Translations under genes and position numbers: made by a program
The notes under the pieces: model-generated
Told to the model about the DNA's origin: nothing
Databases searched by the model: none
What the model saw: the letters and a program-made list of their open reading frames with translations, nothing else
Source: Balamuthia mandrillaris
Lineage: Eukaryota
Length of the DNA stretch: 64,000 nucleotides
Reading direction: 5' to 3'
NCBI GenBank assembly: GCA_031835245.2
Contig: JAVKOQ020000032.1
Coordinates: forward strand, 1 to 64,000
In this document: positions 25,101 through 38,100 of the stretch, piece by piece
How positions within the stretch are numbered: position 1 is the stretch's first letter
How the letters are laid out: the number at the start of each line of letters is the position of its first letter

Positions 25101-28100
25101 TAGCTATGATGACGACGATAACAACAACAGGGACAGCAGCAACTGCGGACGACGTCACCATCACTGCCACCTCTGCTGCTGCTCCTCTAACCCCTTCAGT
25201 GGGTTTTCCTCGAATGTCTGCTCCACCACTACCACCGTCATCATCGTCCTCCTCCTCATCGTCATCATCATCTTCTCTACCACCACCACGTCATGGTCAG
25301 CTACAGCAACAGCAACAACAGCAACAGCTGTGCTGAAACGCTAGACGAGCCATGAAGCTGGTGGAGAACAACCTGCTCTCCAAGGCTCTGCTGACGCTTA
25401 CCTCCGCTGAGAGCGCCCCGGTGGACCAGGACACGGTGGACAAGCTCCAAGCCCTCCACCCGCCGAACCCCAGGGACAGGGACAGCGAGTGGCCCTTGCC
25501 TCCGCCCACCCACCCCATCAACTTCTGGCCAGAGGACCTGCTCAACATCCGCCGAGTGGAGAAGGCCGTGGATGCTCTGCCCCGAGGTGTTGCCGCCAGT
25601 CCCTCTGGGTGGACCTACGAGATGATCAAGACTGCCAAGGTGCACGGCAGCAGCAGCGTGGCCACAACAGCAGAGGAGAGCTTCCTCATGCTCCTCCTGG
25701 AAATGGCCAAAGGGGTGGCGTGCGGCACACTGGGCCTGCGTGACTCCTTGACAGCCTCCAGGCTGGTGGCCCTGCGCAAGCCTCCTCCTGGCCAGAATGG
25801 AGTACGACCCATGGCGGTGGGCGAGACCTTCCTCCGCCTCTTCGGCAGAGTACTCTTGGCCGCGGACCCCAACATGAAGCCAGAGCATGTGAGCCAGTAC
25901 GTGGGACCCTGCCAGTTTGGAGTCGGCATCCCAGGAGGGGCCGAGATCCCTGCTCACGCCATCCGCGAGCGCTTCATGGTCGGAAGGACCTCCATGGTCC
26001 TCTCTACGGACCTCTCCAATGCCTACAACGCCATCTGCAGGGTCCACATCGCGCAGCAGCTGTGCCTCCAGGCTCCCAACTACTACGCCTTCTTCACATG
26101 GAGCTACAGAGAGGACTCCCCACTCTACCTCAACGCGGCCTTTCGGGACCAGGTGGGCACCTACATCCTCCCCTCTCAGGCAGGAGTGAGGCAAGGGGAC
26201 GTCCTCGGCCCTTTCTTCTTCTCCGTGGGCATCAGCAGCATCCTGGAGGCCTTGCGTCGCTCCCCAGAGTGCCAGGGCACCACCACCTTTGGCTACATTG
26301 ACGACATCAACCTGGACTTTGCCTCTGGCCACGATGCCGCATGGGAGCAGACCACCCTCTCCACCGTTATGCACATCATCGAGACAGAAGGAAGAGACAT
26401 TGGCCTGGTCCTCAACCATCGAAAGTGCAAGCTATGGCTCCCTCACCTTCCCTTACCACCATCGTCACCTTCTTCTTCTTCTTCTTCTTCTTCTTCTTCT
26501 TCTTCTTCTTCTTCTTCTTCTTCTTCTTCTTCTTCCTCGAAGGACAACTATGATGATGACGAGAAAGAGAAGGAGGAGGAGGAGGAACAGCAACAACAGT
26601 GATGGCAAGAAAAGAGGAAAGAAAAGGAGAAAGAGAAAGAAGTAACGGTAGTGATAGGAACAGAGGAAGGGGAGGAGGAGAATGATGAGGCGATGGCAGT
26701 GGAGCAGTTATTATCACCACCATCATCATCACCACCACTGCTACCATCCATGCTGCCGCCACAGCGACTGCTAGAGTCCTGGATGGCAGTGCTCTCTGAG
26801 GAGGAGCTAGACGTCACCAGAGCTGGCCTAAAGATCCTTGGAGTCCCGGTGGGCACCCCAGAGTTCATGGGCAACTATGTTGAGCAGATCCTGAGAGAAA
26901 AAAGCGGCAAGATCTTCCAGACCCTGGCCTTCAGCCCAGCAGAGGTCCCGCCAGAGATCATGCCCCTCCAAGCTCACATGCTTCTTGTTCGCCAGTGCTT
27001 GGCCTCTGTCCCTTCCTTCTGGCTGCGCACCGTGCCCCACTGTCATCGATATGTAACAGAATGGGACGAGTCCATCTGTATGACTGTGGCGCAGCTCCTG
27101 AGGACTAACATCCCGCCTGGCAGCCTCCAAGAGAGCATCCTGCGTACGCCCATTCGCTTGGGAGGATTCGGACTCAGGGCCAGCGCTCGTTCCAAAGGGA
27201 TTGCCCCCTACGCGTTCTCTGCTTCTCTCATCTCAGCAGCCAAGTACCTCACCTTGCAACAACAACAAGCATCCCCTCCGCCGCCGCCGCCACCGCTACT
27301 ACCACCTAGAAGAGAAGGAAGAAGAGGAGGAAGAAGAGGAGGAGGAACTGCTGCTGCTGCTGCTGCTGCCGCCACTACAGCAATGGATGATGATAGCAGC
27401 AACAACAACAACCACCACCATCATGGGGACTTCCTGTGCTCAAGCAATAGCATTGACATCCTGGCTTCTGTCCATGAGGATATCGAGAAAGCAGAAGTCC
27501 TGGACACTACTGTCACCCCAGTGGACTGGTTGGACGCCATGAGGATCACAGGCAGCTTCCCGCCCAACCTCGAACGAGCCAAGACCCAGGGAGCGCAGAA
27601 GAGGATGTTTGCTCTTCACGAGCAACAAGCCTTTGAGCGTCTTCGAGATGTTCACTGTCCTACAGCCCTTCGCCCAGCCTTTCTGGAAGCGGTCTCCCAG
27701 GGCACCAGTTGGTGGATGCAAGTGGTCCCCAGCTGTCCAGATCTCCTCATCAAGGACGACCTTTACTTGGTGCTGGCCAAGCTCAAGCTCATGGAAAGCC
27801 CCAGCCAGGCGCACACAACCTGTCCCCTTTGCTGTGTGAACCTCAGCGATGCGATCACTCACTGCCTCTCCTGCCCATCTTTGTCTCTTCTTCGAACTGC
27901 CCGACACGATGCGCTGGTAAAGCAGCTGTGGAACATCCTCAGACCTCATGAGCAAGTCCTCCATGAGCACACTCTTACCTTTTCTTCTTCTTCTTCTTCG
28001 TCGTCTTCTGCGACTGCCACTGCTGCTGCCACTACTAGCAGCAGAAGACGACGTTTAGCCTCTCTGCGAGCAGACCTCTTCTTGCAGGCTCGAGCTGAGG

Positions 28101-28800
28101 CCATTGACTGCTCCATCACGGCCTGGCGAAGCAAAGCTCCACCCTCTCCGCCTCTGACCTCCATGAAGGACGTGCTTCAAGATGCCTTTAACAGGAAGCA
28201 AACCAAGTACGGGCCAGCCATTCGAGCCAGGGCCATCTCCACAGTACTTCCCTTCATTATGAGCAGCCTTGGAGCAATCAAACACTCGGCCAAAAAGTTC
28301 CTTCGTACTTATGGGCTGCAGCAAGTAGTCACTCGCAATCCCCTCTTTGCTTCCAAGTACCAAGCTCGCAACCTCACAACTCTAGCAACACATGTGGCCA
28401 AAGGCACAGCGCTCATCATGTTGGCTTGGAAGGCTTGCACGCAGCTTCGAGGTTCGACACATTGGCAGCTACAACACCAACAGAGCACTTCTAGACAACA
28501 CAGCCTACACGCTTACTATCACAGTTGAAAGACAAGTCCATACTCGCTTCACAAGGAATGAAAGGTCCTTACTCTTTGCTCTTCTCCTCATACTTGTTTC
28601 TTCATCTTCTTTTCTTCTTCCTTTTCTTCTTTCTTCCCTTCTACCTGTATGTTTGTTGCAACACTTCAAGCACATCTTACATACATATAGCATGCCCTTA
28701 GTCTTAGGACTTGGGCCGTGGATGTATAACTCAACAGCTTGTTACTAAGCAGTGATGTGAGTCACTGACTTAGCTTTGGTTCAAAATAAAGTTCGAGGTT
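25101..28800 (+). mobile_element. 5'-truncated non-LTR retrotransposon, CRE-like clade with restriction-like endonuclease
   Basis: Single long frame, then a ~270-bp 3' UTR with AATAAA at 28785-28790. The 3' boundary is approximate. Confidence 0.8.
25106..28528 (+). pseudogene. RT-zinc knuckle-RLE polyprotein with two in-frame TGA (25334, 26600)
   Basis: ORFs 25106, 25352 and 26651 are in one frame. RT motifs RPMAVGETFLRL, QFGVG, DLSNAYN, GVRQGDVLGP, YIDD, LGVPVG, PIRLGGFGL; CPLC..HCLSC..RHD; RADL..D..KQTKY. Confidence 0.88.
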
Positions 28801-28803
28801 AAA

Positions 28804-28828
28804 CCCTAACCCTTAACTCTAATCCTAA
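28804..28828 (+). repeat. Degenerate telomere-like repeats CCCTAA-CCCTTAA-CTCTAA-TCCTAA
   Basis: Four tandem near-CCCTAA units directly after the non-LTR element 3' end. Confidence 0.55.
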
Positions 28829-29437
28829 CATTATATTATAAAACTTAATTCTAAGCTCAAAATCAAGCATAGAACACTAAACTTAATTTATTTTAAAGTG
28901 AAAAGCACAAGTGATGTGTTAAAAAGGGTGAATAACATGAATGGATGGAGTCAAAATATATTATTCAAAGAGGAAACAAGGGCACAAAGAGTGTTAAGAG
29001 GGAAAAGTATGGTGTGAATGAAACAAAACTAACTAATTAAAAGAAAGGGAAGGAAACAACAGAATAAAAGGAAGAAGTCTAGTGATGTGGGAGCAGGCAA
29101 TTGGTGTGTGTCACAAATGGCAATAAATAGGAAAGGAAAGAAAAGGTGCAATGGAACTAATATGTTGAGAGTAATATTTTGTGTTTTATTGTAAGTTGTT
29201 TTGAGAGAAAAAGAAGAAAAAGCAAGGAGGGATAGTAGTTAAACTAGAAGAATTATCTGAAAAGAAAAGCAGAGAATATTAGCATAAAATGGCAAAGAGG
29301 AAAAAGGAGAATTTGGACATCAAGAGGTTTCCTTAAATTGATAAGCAAGAAGGAGAGGTTGACAGGAAGAGAAGACGAGTACTAAGTCATTGGCCTAAGG
29401 CAAGGCTAAAGTATCATTAATAAAGCAAGTTTTATTA

Positions 29438-31382
29438 TCATGAAGTAAAAACAATAGAGCCTAACAAAAATAGCATTATTAACAAAGCTGCTATTGCTGC
29501 AACACTAAGCAACACCAACTGCTGTAAACGGTGTCCTGCTTCGGCAATGTTTTGCTTTTCCAATGTTGCTCTTGGGATTTTTGTTTCTGCTTTTGAGACT
29601 TGAGGATGTTGACTATTACTGCGCTGTCGTAATTGTGTTAGTTGATTCTCTTCACCAACTTTCTGTGTTGCAACTGTAGGTTGCAGTTTGGCCAGTTCAA
29701 GATGGTTTTCAGTTGTGGTGACTTGATTGGAAAAGCTTTCCACCTGCTGAAACAATTCTTTGGAGGAAAGTGCATCCATATTAATGCCAAGCATCGCCTG
29801 ACACCGCTCTTTTTGCTCTGCTTCTGTCTCAAAGGGAAGCACATAATCACTAAGATAAACAGCTCCTGCAAGCTTGACAAACACTCGCAACGGCAAAGCC
29901 CAGTCTTGTGCAGATGTAAGTGGGATCTTGTTGCTTGGGGCAAACGGATTAAAGTAGTCTCGCTGTCCTCTTTTTTTCGCTTTTGCTCCTCCATTTTCTT
30001 CTTCCTCCCTGCGTGCTAACTCCTCCTGCAAAAACTCGAAACGAAGTGCAAGACTGTTTGCAAGGTCCATTTTAAGTGCCTGTTGTTGCCAGCATTAGTG
30101 GAACAAGGGAAACAAAAAAGGGAGAATAGCAAATTTAAAAGAACAGACAACAAAAGGGGTTGACAAAACAAATAATACCTCAACACAGAGTGCTTGCTGC
30201 TCTTTGGTATATAGGTACGCTCGCCCACAGAGATGGCCATGATAACGTATTTTGCCGATAAATGAAGCTTCCTTTGTCTGGCCTTCACCAAGTTGGCCCA
30301 TTGAAAAGGGGGTTAACAACTGCACACACCGCATACCAGCAGAAGTTGATGAAGCTTTGGAAGTTCCACCCTGTAGCTTATTTTTGTTTTTGTTCTTTTT
30401 TTGAGAAAAAGACTTCTTCGCTTGGCCACCATCTATCACCGTTTCAATAGCAGGCACAGGTACACCATCCACCAGTGCGATGCTTTCTAAAATCTTCTGT
30501 TGTTCTGCTTCTAGGGCAGCCTGTACGACCACTCCATTTGTAAGCTCAAGAAGATGCAATACCTTACATGTCTACTAACCTCTATTTGCTTGCTGATGCT
30601 TTGGCCATTCGTTAATGGGATATGTATGTCGACAGCAATGATGGCTTGGTAACATTGGAAGGAATCAGCCACTGATTGGAACCGCAGAACAGCTTTTTTC
30701 GACGCGCCCTGCCAAGAGCAAGCATGTTAGCAAAGCGTTTTTTTTTTTTTTTCGAAAAGAAGTCTCTCCGTCTTCACGTACCTTTTTGCTATACACATTC
30801 ACAGCCTGAGCCGAGAAAAGTTGTGAACTTGGGTCAAAGTGAAGGACCAACAGGTCTTCCAATGGTGGGGAGCGCTTAGCGCGAAGGCATGCGGCCAGCC
30901 CAAAGAGAAGCTCGTTTACTTTTGGGCTTCCCTCCACGAAAGTCTTTTGAGGAGCAACCACGTAGATGCCTAACAAATCCATGCCCCCCACCAACATTTT
31001 GTTGACCTGCGTACACACAGCAGACCTTCAAGTCAGCCTTATTGCTCGTTTGGCGGGCAGCTGGAAGCGAAAGCATACCTGAGTGGCATGCTCCTTGAAC
31101 CAAGCCACGTTCACTTCCACAAAGGGCGTATTTGCTTCTTCTTCGTCTTCGGGAGGCGTGGGTACTACACCAACGGCGATATCTTCCTTCAACACAGAGG
31201 AGTGCTTGGGGGCGGAGAACTCAGGGGTCAGCAACCAACACACCAAAAAGACACAAGAACCAGAGGAAGGCAGCAGGAGTAATAGTAGAAGTAGCTACCT
31301 GACCAACAATAAGGCCCAGATGAGCAGACACTGTCCGAAGCGCTTCTTGTACATATTTTTCGTCAGCAACAACCCGCGCCAT
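29438..31382 (-). CDS. ODR4: ODR-4-like ER membrane protein (multi-exon)
   Basis: GLIVGQ, VVPTP, WFKEHATQV-KMLVGGMDLLGIY motifs; C-terminal transmembrane helix. Confidence 0.78.
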
Positions 31383-31631
31383 CGTCTTCTTCTCGCTTCT
31401 CTTTCTGTTTCTTTCTTTTTTTTTTTGATTCTCTCTCTTAGTCTTGGGTTTCATCAAACGCTCAACCTAATAGATGATGGTGGCGGCAGCCTCCCTCCTC
31501 CGGCCACTGCCTCCGCCATCCATACCACCACCACACCTCCACCAGAAAGCACCATACCGCCAGCACCACCACCAGCTCATTTCGCAACAAAAGAAAAGAA
31601 GGAAGGCGCATGCCTGCGACAAAGAAGAGCT

Positions 31632-34600
31632 TTACTTGGTGGAAGGGTGGGAGTAAGACAGTTGAGAAAGTGCTGCGGTTTCATCTTCGATGGCTTGCAT
31701 TGCTTTTTCGGTGGCCTCCAGTTCAGTTACAGTCGCCACAATCTTGTCATTGATAAGTCGGAGCTGGGTGGCCAAGGACTGCTTTTTCTCGACCGTGTGA
31801 GCCTCACCAAACAGCTGAAGCCATTGCTCCGAGTAGTGTAGCATGATCTCGGTCTCCTTGACAAGCTCCTTCCGCTCCTCCATGAGCTGAGATCGCTGCT
31901 CCATCAACCGTTCCTTCTTTTCCTTCTGCTGATGCTTCTTGACCTGCAGCTCGATCCACCTCTTTTGAGCTGCCATTCGTGGGTCCTGCAGCAGCACCTG
32001 GAACGCGATGTGCAGGCGAGGGCTGCCAGCCGTTACCATCAGCTCCGGAAGCTCTTCTGACGTCAACAAAGCCGCCACCTCGCTCTTGGCGCTAACATGT
32101 TTTGGGGTTGCTGTTGCTTCGCCGTCCTTTTCCATTGCCTTACCATCAGCACCACCCGAACCATCAGCAGCTGTTGTTGGTGTGGGTGGCTGCTCTTTTC
32201 TTTCCTGGTGCTTTCGTTTACGATGACTGTAGGCCACCAAGTTTGCAGACTCGTAGAGCTCCAGTTCGTGCACGTGCTCCTGAAAAACGTGTCGTATGAG
32301 ATCTCTGCGGCTGACGTTCGTCCGTGAGCTGAACACTTCCATCAACTTCCAGAAACGAAGATACTTTTGAAAGACCGCTATCTTGTTTGCTAGTGTTTCT
32401 GTGTCGATGCCTCCCGTTGGGAAGGATGAACCTATCGAAAGTTTGGATGTACTTGCGGAGAGGAGAATGCTTTCCAATGCTGTTTCAACATATTGCAAGC
32501 TGTCCGTAACCATATGCCCGATTACCTCTAATTCACATTTAGTCCTCAAGCATCAGAGAGAAAGAGGAAGAATGAGAGAGAGAGAGAGAGGAAATACGAA
32601 CGAGGAACTGTAAAGCCACGGAATATGCCAGAAATAGCAGTGTCCAGATCTTTAACTTGGCCTCCCACACAAGTGGCCAACATGCGAATATCGTCTTCTG
32701 ATAAGGGGACTCGGCGACCTAGCTCTTTAATCCGTGTGTTGACCTTTTCTTGCAGGTAATTTTTTACAACAGGGGTCGAAGAATAGCCATACTCTAAAAT
32801 CTCTCTCCTACTTCGGAAGCCAGCATCTTCAATAGGTCATCAGTAAGAGATGAAAGCAGAGGGTAACAATAGAAGCAGGAGACGTACGTGTATCCAGCTC
32901 ACTTCGCCAGAAAGCAAAGGAAGTGACCTACAAAGCGAGATAGGATTGTGTGAGCTTGTTGTTTTTGTATAAATGGAAAGAAGGCGTACGTACAAAAACT
33001 ACATGGCACAGCTTGTTATCTGTAAGATAAAGGCACCAATCCATGAATTTGAGCAAGTCTTTGTCCTCCTATTAACGTTGGATGTTGTGTATATTTTGGT
33101 GTTTGTTAGTGCTTATTGGTGAGACACAGGGAGTAGCAGGAAGTACCTCATAAATATTTTTGTGTCGAAGGTTCAAGTCATTAGAACTGCCAAAATAATG
33201 AAACCCTATGAAACAAAGGAAAAAAGAAAGCAAAGATTAGTTTGTCACGAAAGGAGAGAAAGGGAAGCTACGCAACCATTTATGCAAAGAAGAGGAATGC
33301 CATTGGTCCACCCCTTTGCTTTTTCCTTGGCCAGAACCCCCTCAAAGCAACGCAAAACTTTATTCACTTCATCGGGTGACAATACTGCGATACGAAAGGT
33401 TAGCACAAAGCCAATTCGGGAAAAAAAAATATAAAAGAAGTTCTAACTCACAATTCTTGCCAGCATCATCTCTAAGAAATATCCTGGATAGAAATTGCTA
33501 AACCCTACTATTAACACGTTGCCTCTAAAACAAACAAACTGTAACTCTCTTCTCTTTTCTTTTCTTGAAGCACCTACCGTTGGTGGAAAGAGATAGCCCG
33601 TGTTGCGAGCAAAGAGATTAACGACCTCTTCCCCAGATATGACAGGGTTGCGATGTAGATCCAAAAAGATTACCATTTTGCGTCCGTTTATGACCCGTTC
33701 CAATATTGGGGTTTTGCCACTTCCTTCTGGCCCCACCAGTAGGCAGGGTCCTGTTCATCTTGACGTTAGATTGTTCCCTTTGCTTTCTCAAAAGAGACAG
33801 AGAGAAGGAAGAGGAGAATTTACCAGCTGGTGGATTATTAAGGTGGGTGGCGAGCAGAGCGGTCTCTTTTGGTCGATCAAGAACAGGATAGTTGTTGATA
33901 GAGGTAGGAAGCTGCAACGGAGCTAGCATTTTTCTGTACATGTACTGCCTCTGAGCTCTCATAGAACGGACGATAAAGTGAAAGGCGACATAAGATAGAC
34001 CTATCGCTCCACCAATTATGTACTGATAAAATGAGGATGCCGCTTAGCGTAGCGGCTCGAGGGAGGAGCAGAAGAGAGCAGAGGAGAGCGTACCCGCCAA
34101 GCCCAGGGGCTTAAAACAAAATCTCTGGTAGGTTTAGGAGGAGTGGCGGTACTAGTGGAAGTGGAGGCATGTTTAGCGGTGGGTTGAGTGGAGTTGTCGG
34201 CTTTGGTCTCGCTGTTGGGGTCATCATAGGGATTGTTGGTGTCGCCATTCTTTTGCAACTTGGAGGGGGAGGCAGCGAAGGGAGTGTACAGCAAGTCACC
34301 AAAGGAATTTGCAGAGGGGCCATTGTTAGGCGGGGCGGAAGGGTTGGTTTGAGAAGAAGAGGAAGAGAAGGCTCGACGGTTGGATTTTCCTCCTCGACTT
34401 GTTTGGTTGGCTATCACATTGGTTCTAGCGCGAGAGGAAAGAGTAGAGCCAAGTCCAAGGATAGAAAAAGAGCGTGACGGAGCGGAGCAAGCTGTTTGTG
34501 CCGTGAAAGAGGCACGCGTGGTACCCCCGATGGGAGCGAGGCGAAAGAAGATTCCGCTAGCAGAGTGGGTACGCCTACAACAAGGACTGAATGAGGCCGA

Positions 34601-34639
34601 AGGAACTCTGCCCACAGCAGAGCTTCCACCACGAAGCAT
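31632..34639 (-). CDS. P-loop ATPase-domain protein with probable mitochondrial presequence and C-terminal coiled coil (multi-exon; 3' end uncertain)
   Basis: Arg/Ser-rich N-terminus; Walker A GPEGSGKT; spliced ORF pieces at 33.4-34.0 kb and 31.6-32.5 kb. Confidence 0.65.
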
Positions 34640-35187
34640 CGGTACCGTAACGTAAGTGGACGAACCTTGGCTCTCTTGGCTACTCTTCTCCTCTCCTCTT
34701 GGCTACTCTTCTCTCCTCTCCTCTCCTCTTGGCTGTCTGGCTTGTTTGGTAGTGTGCGCTGACTTTTTATTGCAAGGCTCAACCTATTAGGAAATTTCAT
34801 TGACAATCGACCTTAAAAGGATATATTGATCATTAATAGTAATTAATTAGAACCCCAAAAGAGAGAGAGTCGAACGTTATGAATTACCATCATTACAAGT
34901 ACCCTGTAATGCCGAGAGAGAAAACCGAAAAAAAAAAGAACAAGGCCCGTTTGTTTCCTTTGTTCTTTTTATTTGTCTTGCCCAGGCATTACCCTCCACA
35001 GGAAAGCTGGTACTCTTTGCGCATTTTCTTTGAGGGTGATTTACTCGCCGCCAAGCAGTAGTTTTAACGTGCCAATTTTTTCGCAGTTTATATTTTTGTT
35101 TGCAAATTTACTAGTACTGGACAGTAGGAGACCGCTAAAGAGAGACAAGATTCTTTGTGGCTCCGGCTTGGTGCGAGTCAATAAGAA

Positions 35188-38100
35188 ATGGAAGAGGAGA
35201 CTCCCTCCACCCGTGCGGAGAGCACGCCCTCCGGCGTAGGAGAAGATCTCGCTCCTTCAACGACGCACATGCTACAACCCGCACCCACTACTGCTAGTAC
35301 CCCCGATTCTCCCTCCACCTCAGCAATGACAACGGCAGATGGAAGGACAGGGGCACCACACCAACCCCAACGCGAATATTCTACGCGGACGCTCCTTCTG
35401 AAGGAAGAAGAGTTTTTGTTTCAAAACTTGGAAAATTTTTTGAAGGACAGCGTCGTCCAGAGCGAGGGCGACGAGGGAAGCCCTTCCCCCCACGACGCAG
35501 AAGGCGCTTCTGCAGGAAGGGAGGACGAGTCAACAGAAGAGGCGCTGCAACAAAAACAAAAACAAAAAGAAAAGGCAGAAGCGGAGAGGGAGGAGCTGGA
35601 GGCTGCATCCCAAACGGAAATTTTGTCGACGTTGGAGGGAGAAAAACCCAAAGAAAAGGAGAAGGAAGGGGAGGACGTGGAGGACGTGGAGGAGGAGGAG
35701 GAAGAAGACAAGGAAGAGGTTGACGAGGTATACACAGAGGATGGCGTGGGTTTTGACGACCCGCAACAACCCAGCGAGGAGGTCATGCGGGAGGCTGTTC
35801 ACGGCTCTGCCTCCAGACTTCAGTTGTATTATTGTACTCTCTCTTCTGTATCGACAAGCCAAGATCTTCAATCACCTCTACAAGAACAAGAACAAGAGGA
35901 GGAAGAAGAACAGCAACAATCAAGTGCCGCTAGCGATGCAAAAGAAGAAGATCCCCAAATGGTTGCTCTCAAGGCTTCTGCTTCGCGACAGGTGTTGTAC
36001 TATTGCTGCCTCTCCTCTATTCCAACGACTCCCTCTTCTCCTTCCCTTCCCAGTGTCACCCTCAACGCTCCAGCTTCGACACGGGAAGAAGATGGTGATA
36101 ACACAGCAAACCAAAGCCTTGAGGAAGAGCTGGAGGCGCTGCGACAGGAGTTGCACGAAACCAAAGCCAAACTCAGCGAAGAGCTGTTGGCCAAGGCGCG
36201 GGAGGCCGAAGCCAAGGAGGAGCTTCTCTTTCGTGCGGATGGGGAGCTGGATGAGTTGCGATGGAGGTTGGAGGACCGCGATCGAGAGATCAAAACGCTG
36301 AGGGCGCAAGTGCACACTCTCTTTGAGGAGTTAGCCAGCAAAGCGGCGGAACTCCGGCTCAGCCGACCGGCTTCCGGATCTTTCGAAAGTCCGCTCGCTC
36401 CAGAAGGAGGAGAGGCATCTCCTCAGGAAGAACTGCCGGCGGTAGCAACAGAGAAGAAGCTGCGGCGAGAACTGAGCCTATCTTCCAATAGCCTTCTCTC
36501 TCTGGCCAAGCGAAAGCTCGAAGATGAGGCTTTGAGAAAGGAAAAGCTCAGGACGAAGGAAAGGGCGGTAGAGGCACAAAAACAGGAGTTGGCTCGCCGG
36601 GAGAGGGAACTGCAGGAGAGGGAGAGGGAAAGAGATGAGAAGGAAAAGGAGCTCCGGATCAGGTTGGAAGCCAAAGAGCAGCAACTGAAGAAAGCTTTTA
36701 ACCAGGTAGACGAAATGAGACTTCGGTTTAGCGATCTACAGCAGGAGATGCAGCTTAAGAACAAGGAGCTACTTGGGCTGAGCAACGATCAAACAGAGCA
36801 AGAACAGGACCTGAGACTCGAGCTGGAGAACAAAGACCAACAGCTGGAAGAGCTGAGAAGGGAGCTGGCGGCTGTAGACCAAAAATACGGCGAGCAGAGC
36901 GAAGAGCTGGCGGTGACGATGCAACAACTGGAGAGCAAAGACCAGATCATCCGGGAGATGGAAGAGCAGCAGCAGCATGACGCCATGGAAATGCAGAGAC
37001 TCAAGAACAAAGCGTCAGACCTGGAGGAAAAAGCGGAGCAAAAACTTCAAGAGATTGAGAACCTAGAGGCGCTTATGAGGAGGAAAGACCAAGAAATGAG
37101 GGAGCAAGAACGACGAACAGAACAAGTGGAATCGATGCTGGAACTAGAACGCAGAGAGAAGAGCCGCCTGGAGGAAGACCTGCGCGAACGCGAACGAAGG
37201 ATACGCGAAGAACAATTGGAAGCGGAGCGTGCACGAGCGGAACGAGAAGAACGAGATGTTGAGTTGGCCAAAAAGGATCACGAAATTACTCGCTTGTTGA
37301 GCAAAATGTTGAAGGCCGAGAAAAAGCTGTTGGAAAAAGAGGAAGGGCTGCAAGAGAGCCAACGAACTTGTGAAGAGAGAGAAAAGGACCTGGAGACAAC
37401 CATAGAACAGCTCGAAGCTCAACTGGAGCAAAAAGACGTGCACATCGAAGAGCTGAATCTGACGCTTAAGCAACAAAAGAAGCAGATCAAGAAGTTGGAC
37501 AAACAAGTAGCTGAGGACGGGGAAGTCCTGGGCAGAAAAGATGAAGAGATCAGCCAACTTAAGAAACAAAAAGAAGAGCAAGCTCAAGTGATTGCCGATA
37601 AGGACAAGGAGCTAGAGCAGAAGCAGGAGGAAATGATGAGTGTCATTCGAGAGAAAGAAGCAGAACTAGAAAAGACTAAGTCTGAAAATGAAGAGAAAGC
37701 CGAAGTTCTTCAGGTTCAGATTGAGAAGCTTGAAGAGGCTAAGAAACAGGTGGAAGAGAAAGATAAGGAGACCCAGAATCAACTCCAGAGCGAAATCGAG
37801 AAATTGTTAACCACAAAGAAACAGCTGCAACAACAAGACCGCGCCTTGCGCAAACGATCTGAGCAATTGTTACAAGAGAAGATGGAGCAGCTACAGACTG
37901 TGAATCAAGGTGTGTATTGATCTGTTCTCTCTAATTCTCTCTCTCTCTCTCTCTCTCTCTCTTATCTCTCGATCTTTCTCTCCTTCCTGTTTCTTTGTGC
38001 TAACGGATTAATGAACAATGCAGAGCTGCAAGAAAAAGACAAAGAACTCCGGCAACAACGTAACGAATTAACGCAGGAAATCGAGGAGATGAAGAAAGTG

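Noticed and set aside
25090..25104. Helitron-like CTAG 3' end
   Set aside because: CTAG is absent in copy A, is not followed by T, has no clear subterminal hairpin, and no RepHel is present.
15494..28528. TGA recoding or an alternative genetic code to explain in-frame stops
   Set aside because: Paralogous positions show CGA/CAA/TGA variation typical of CpG decay, and intact host genes terminate with TGA.
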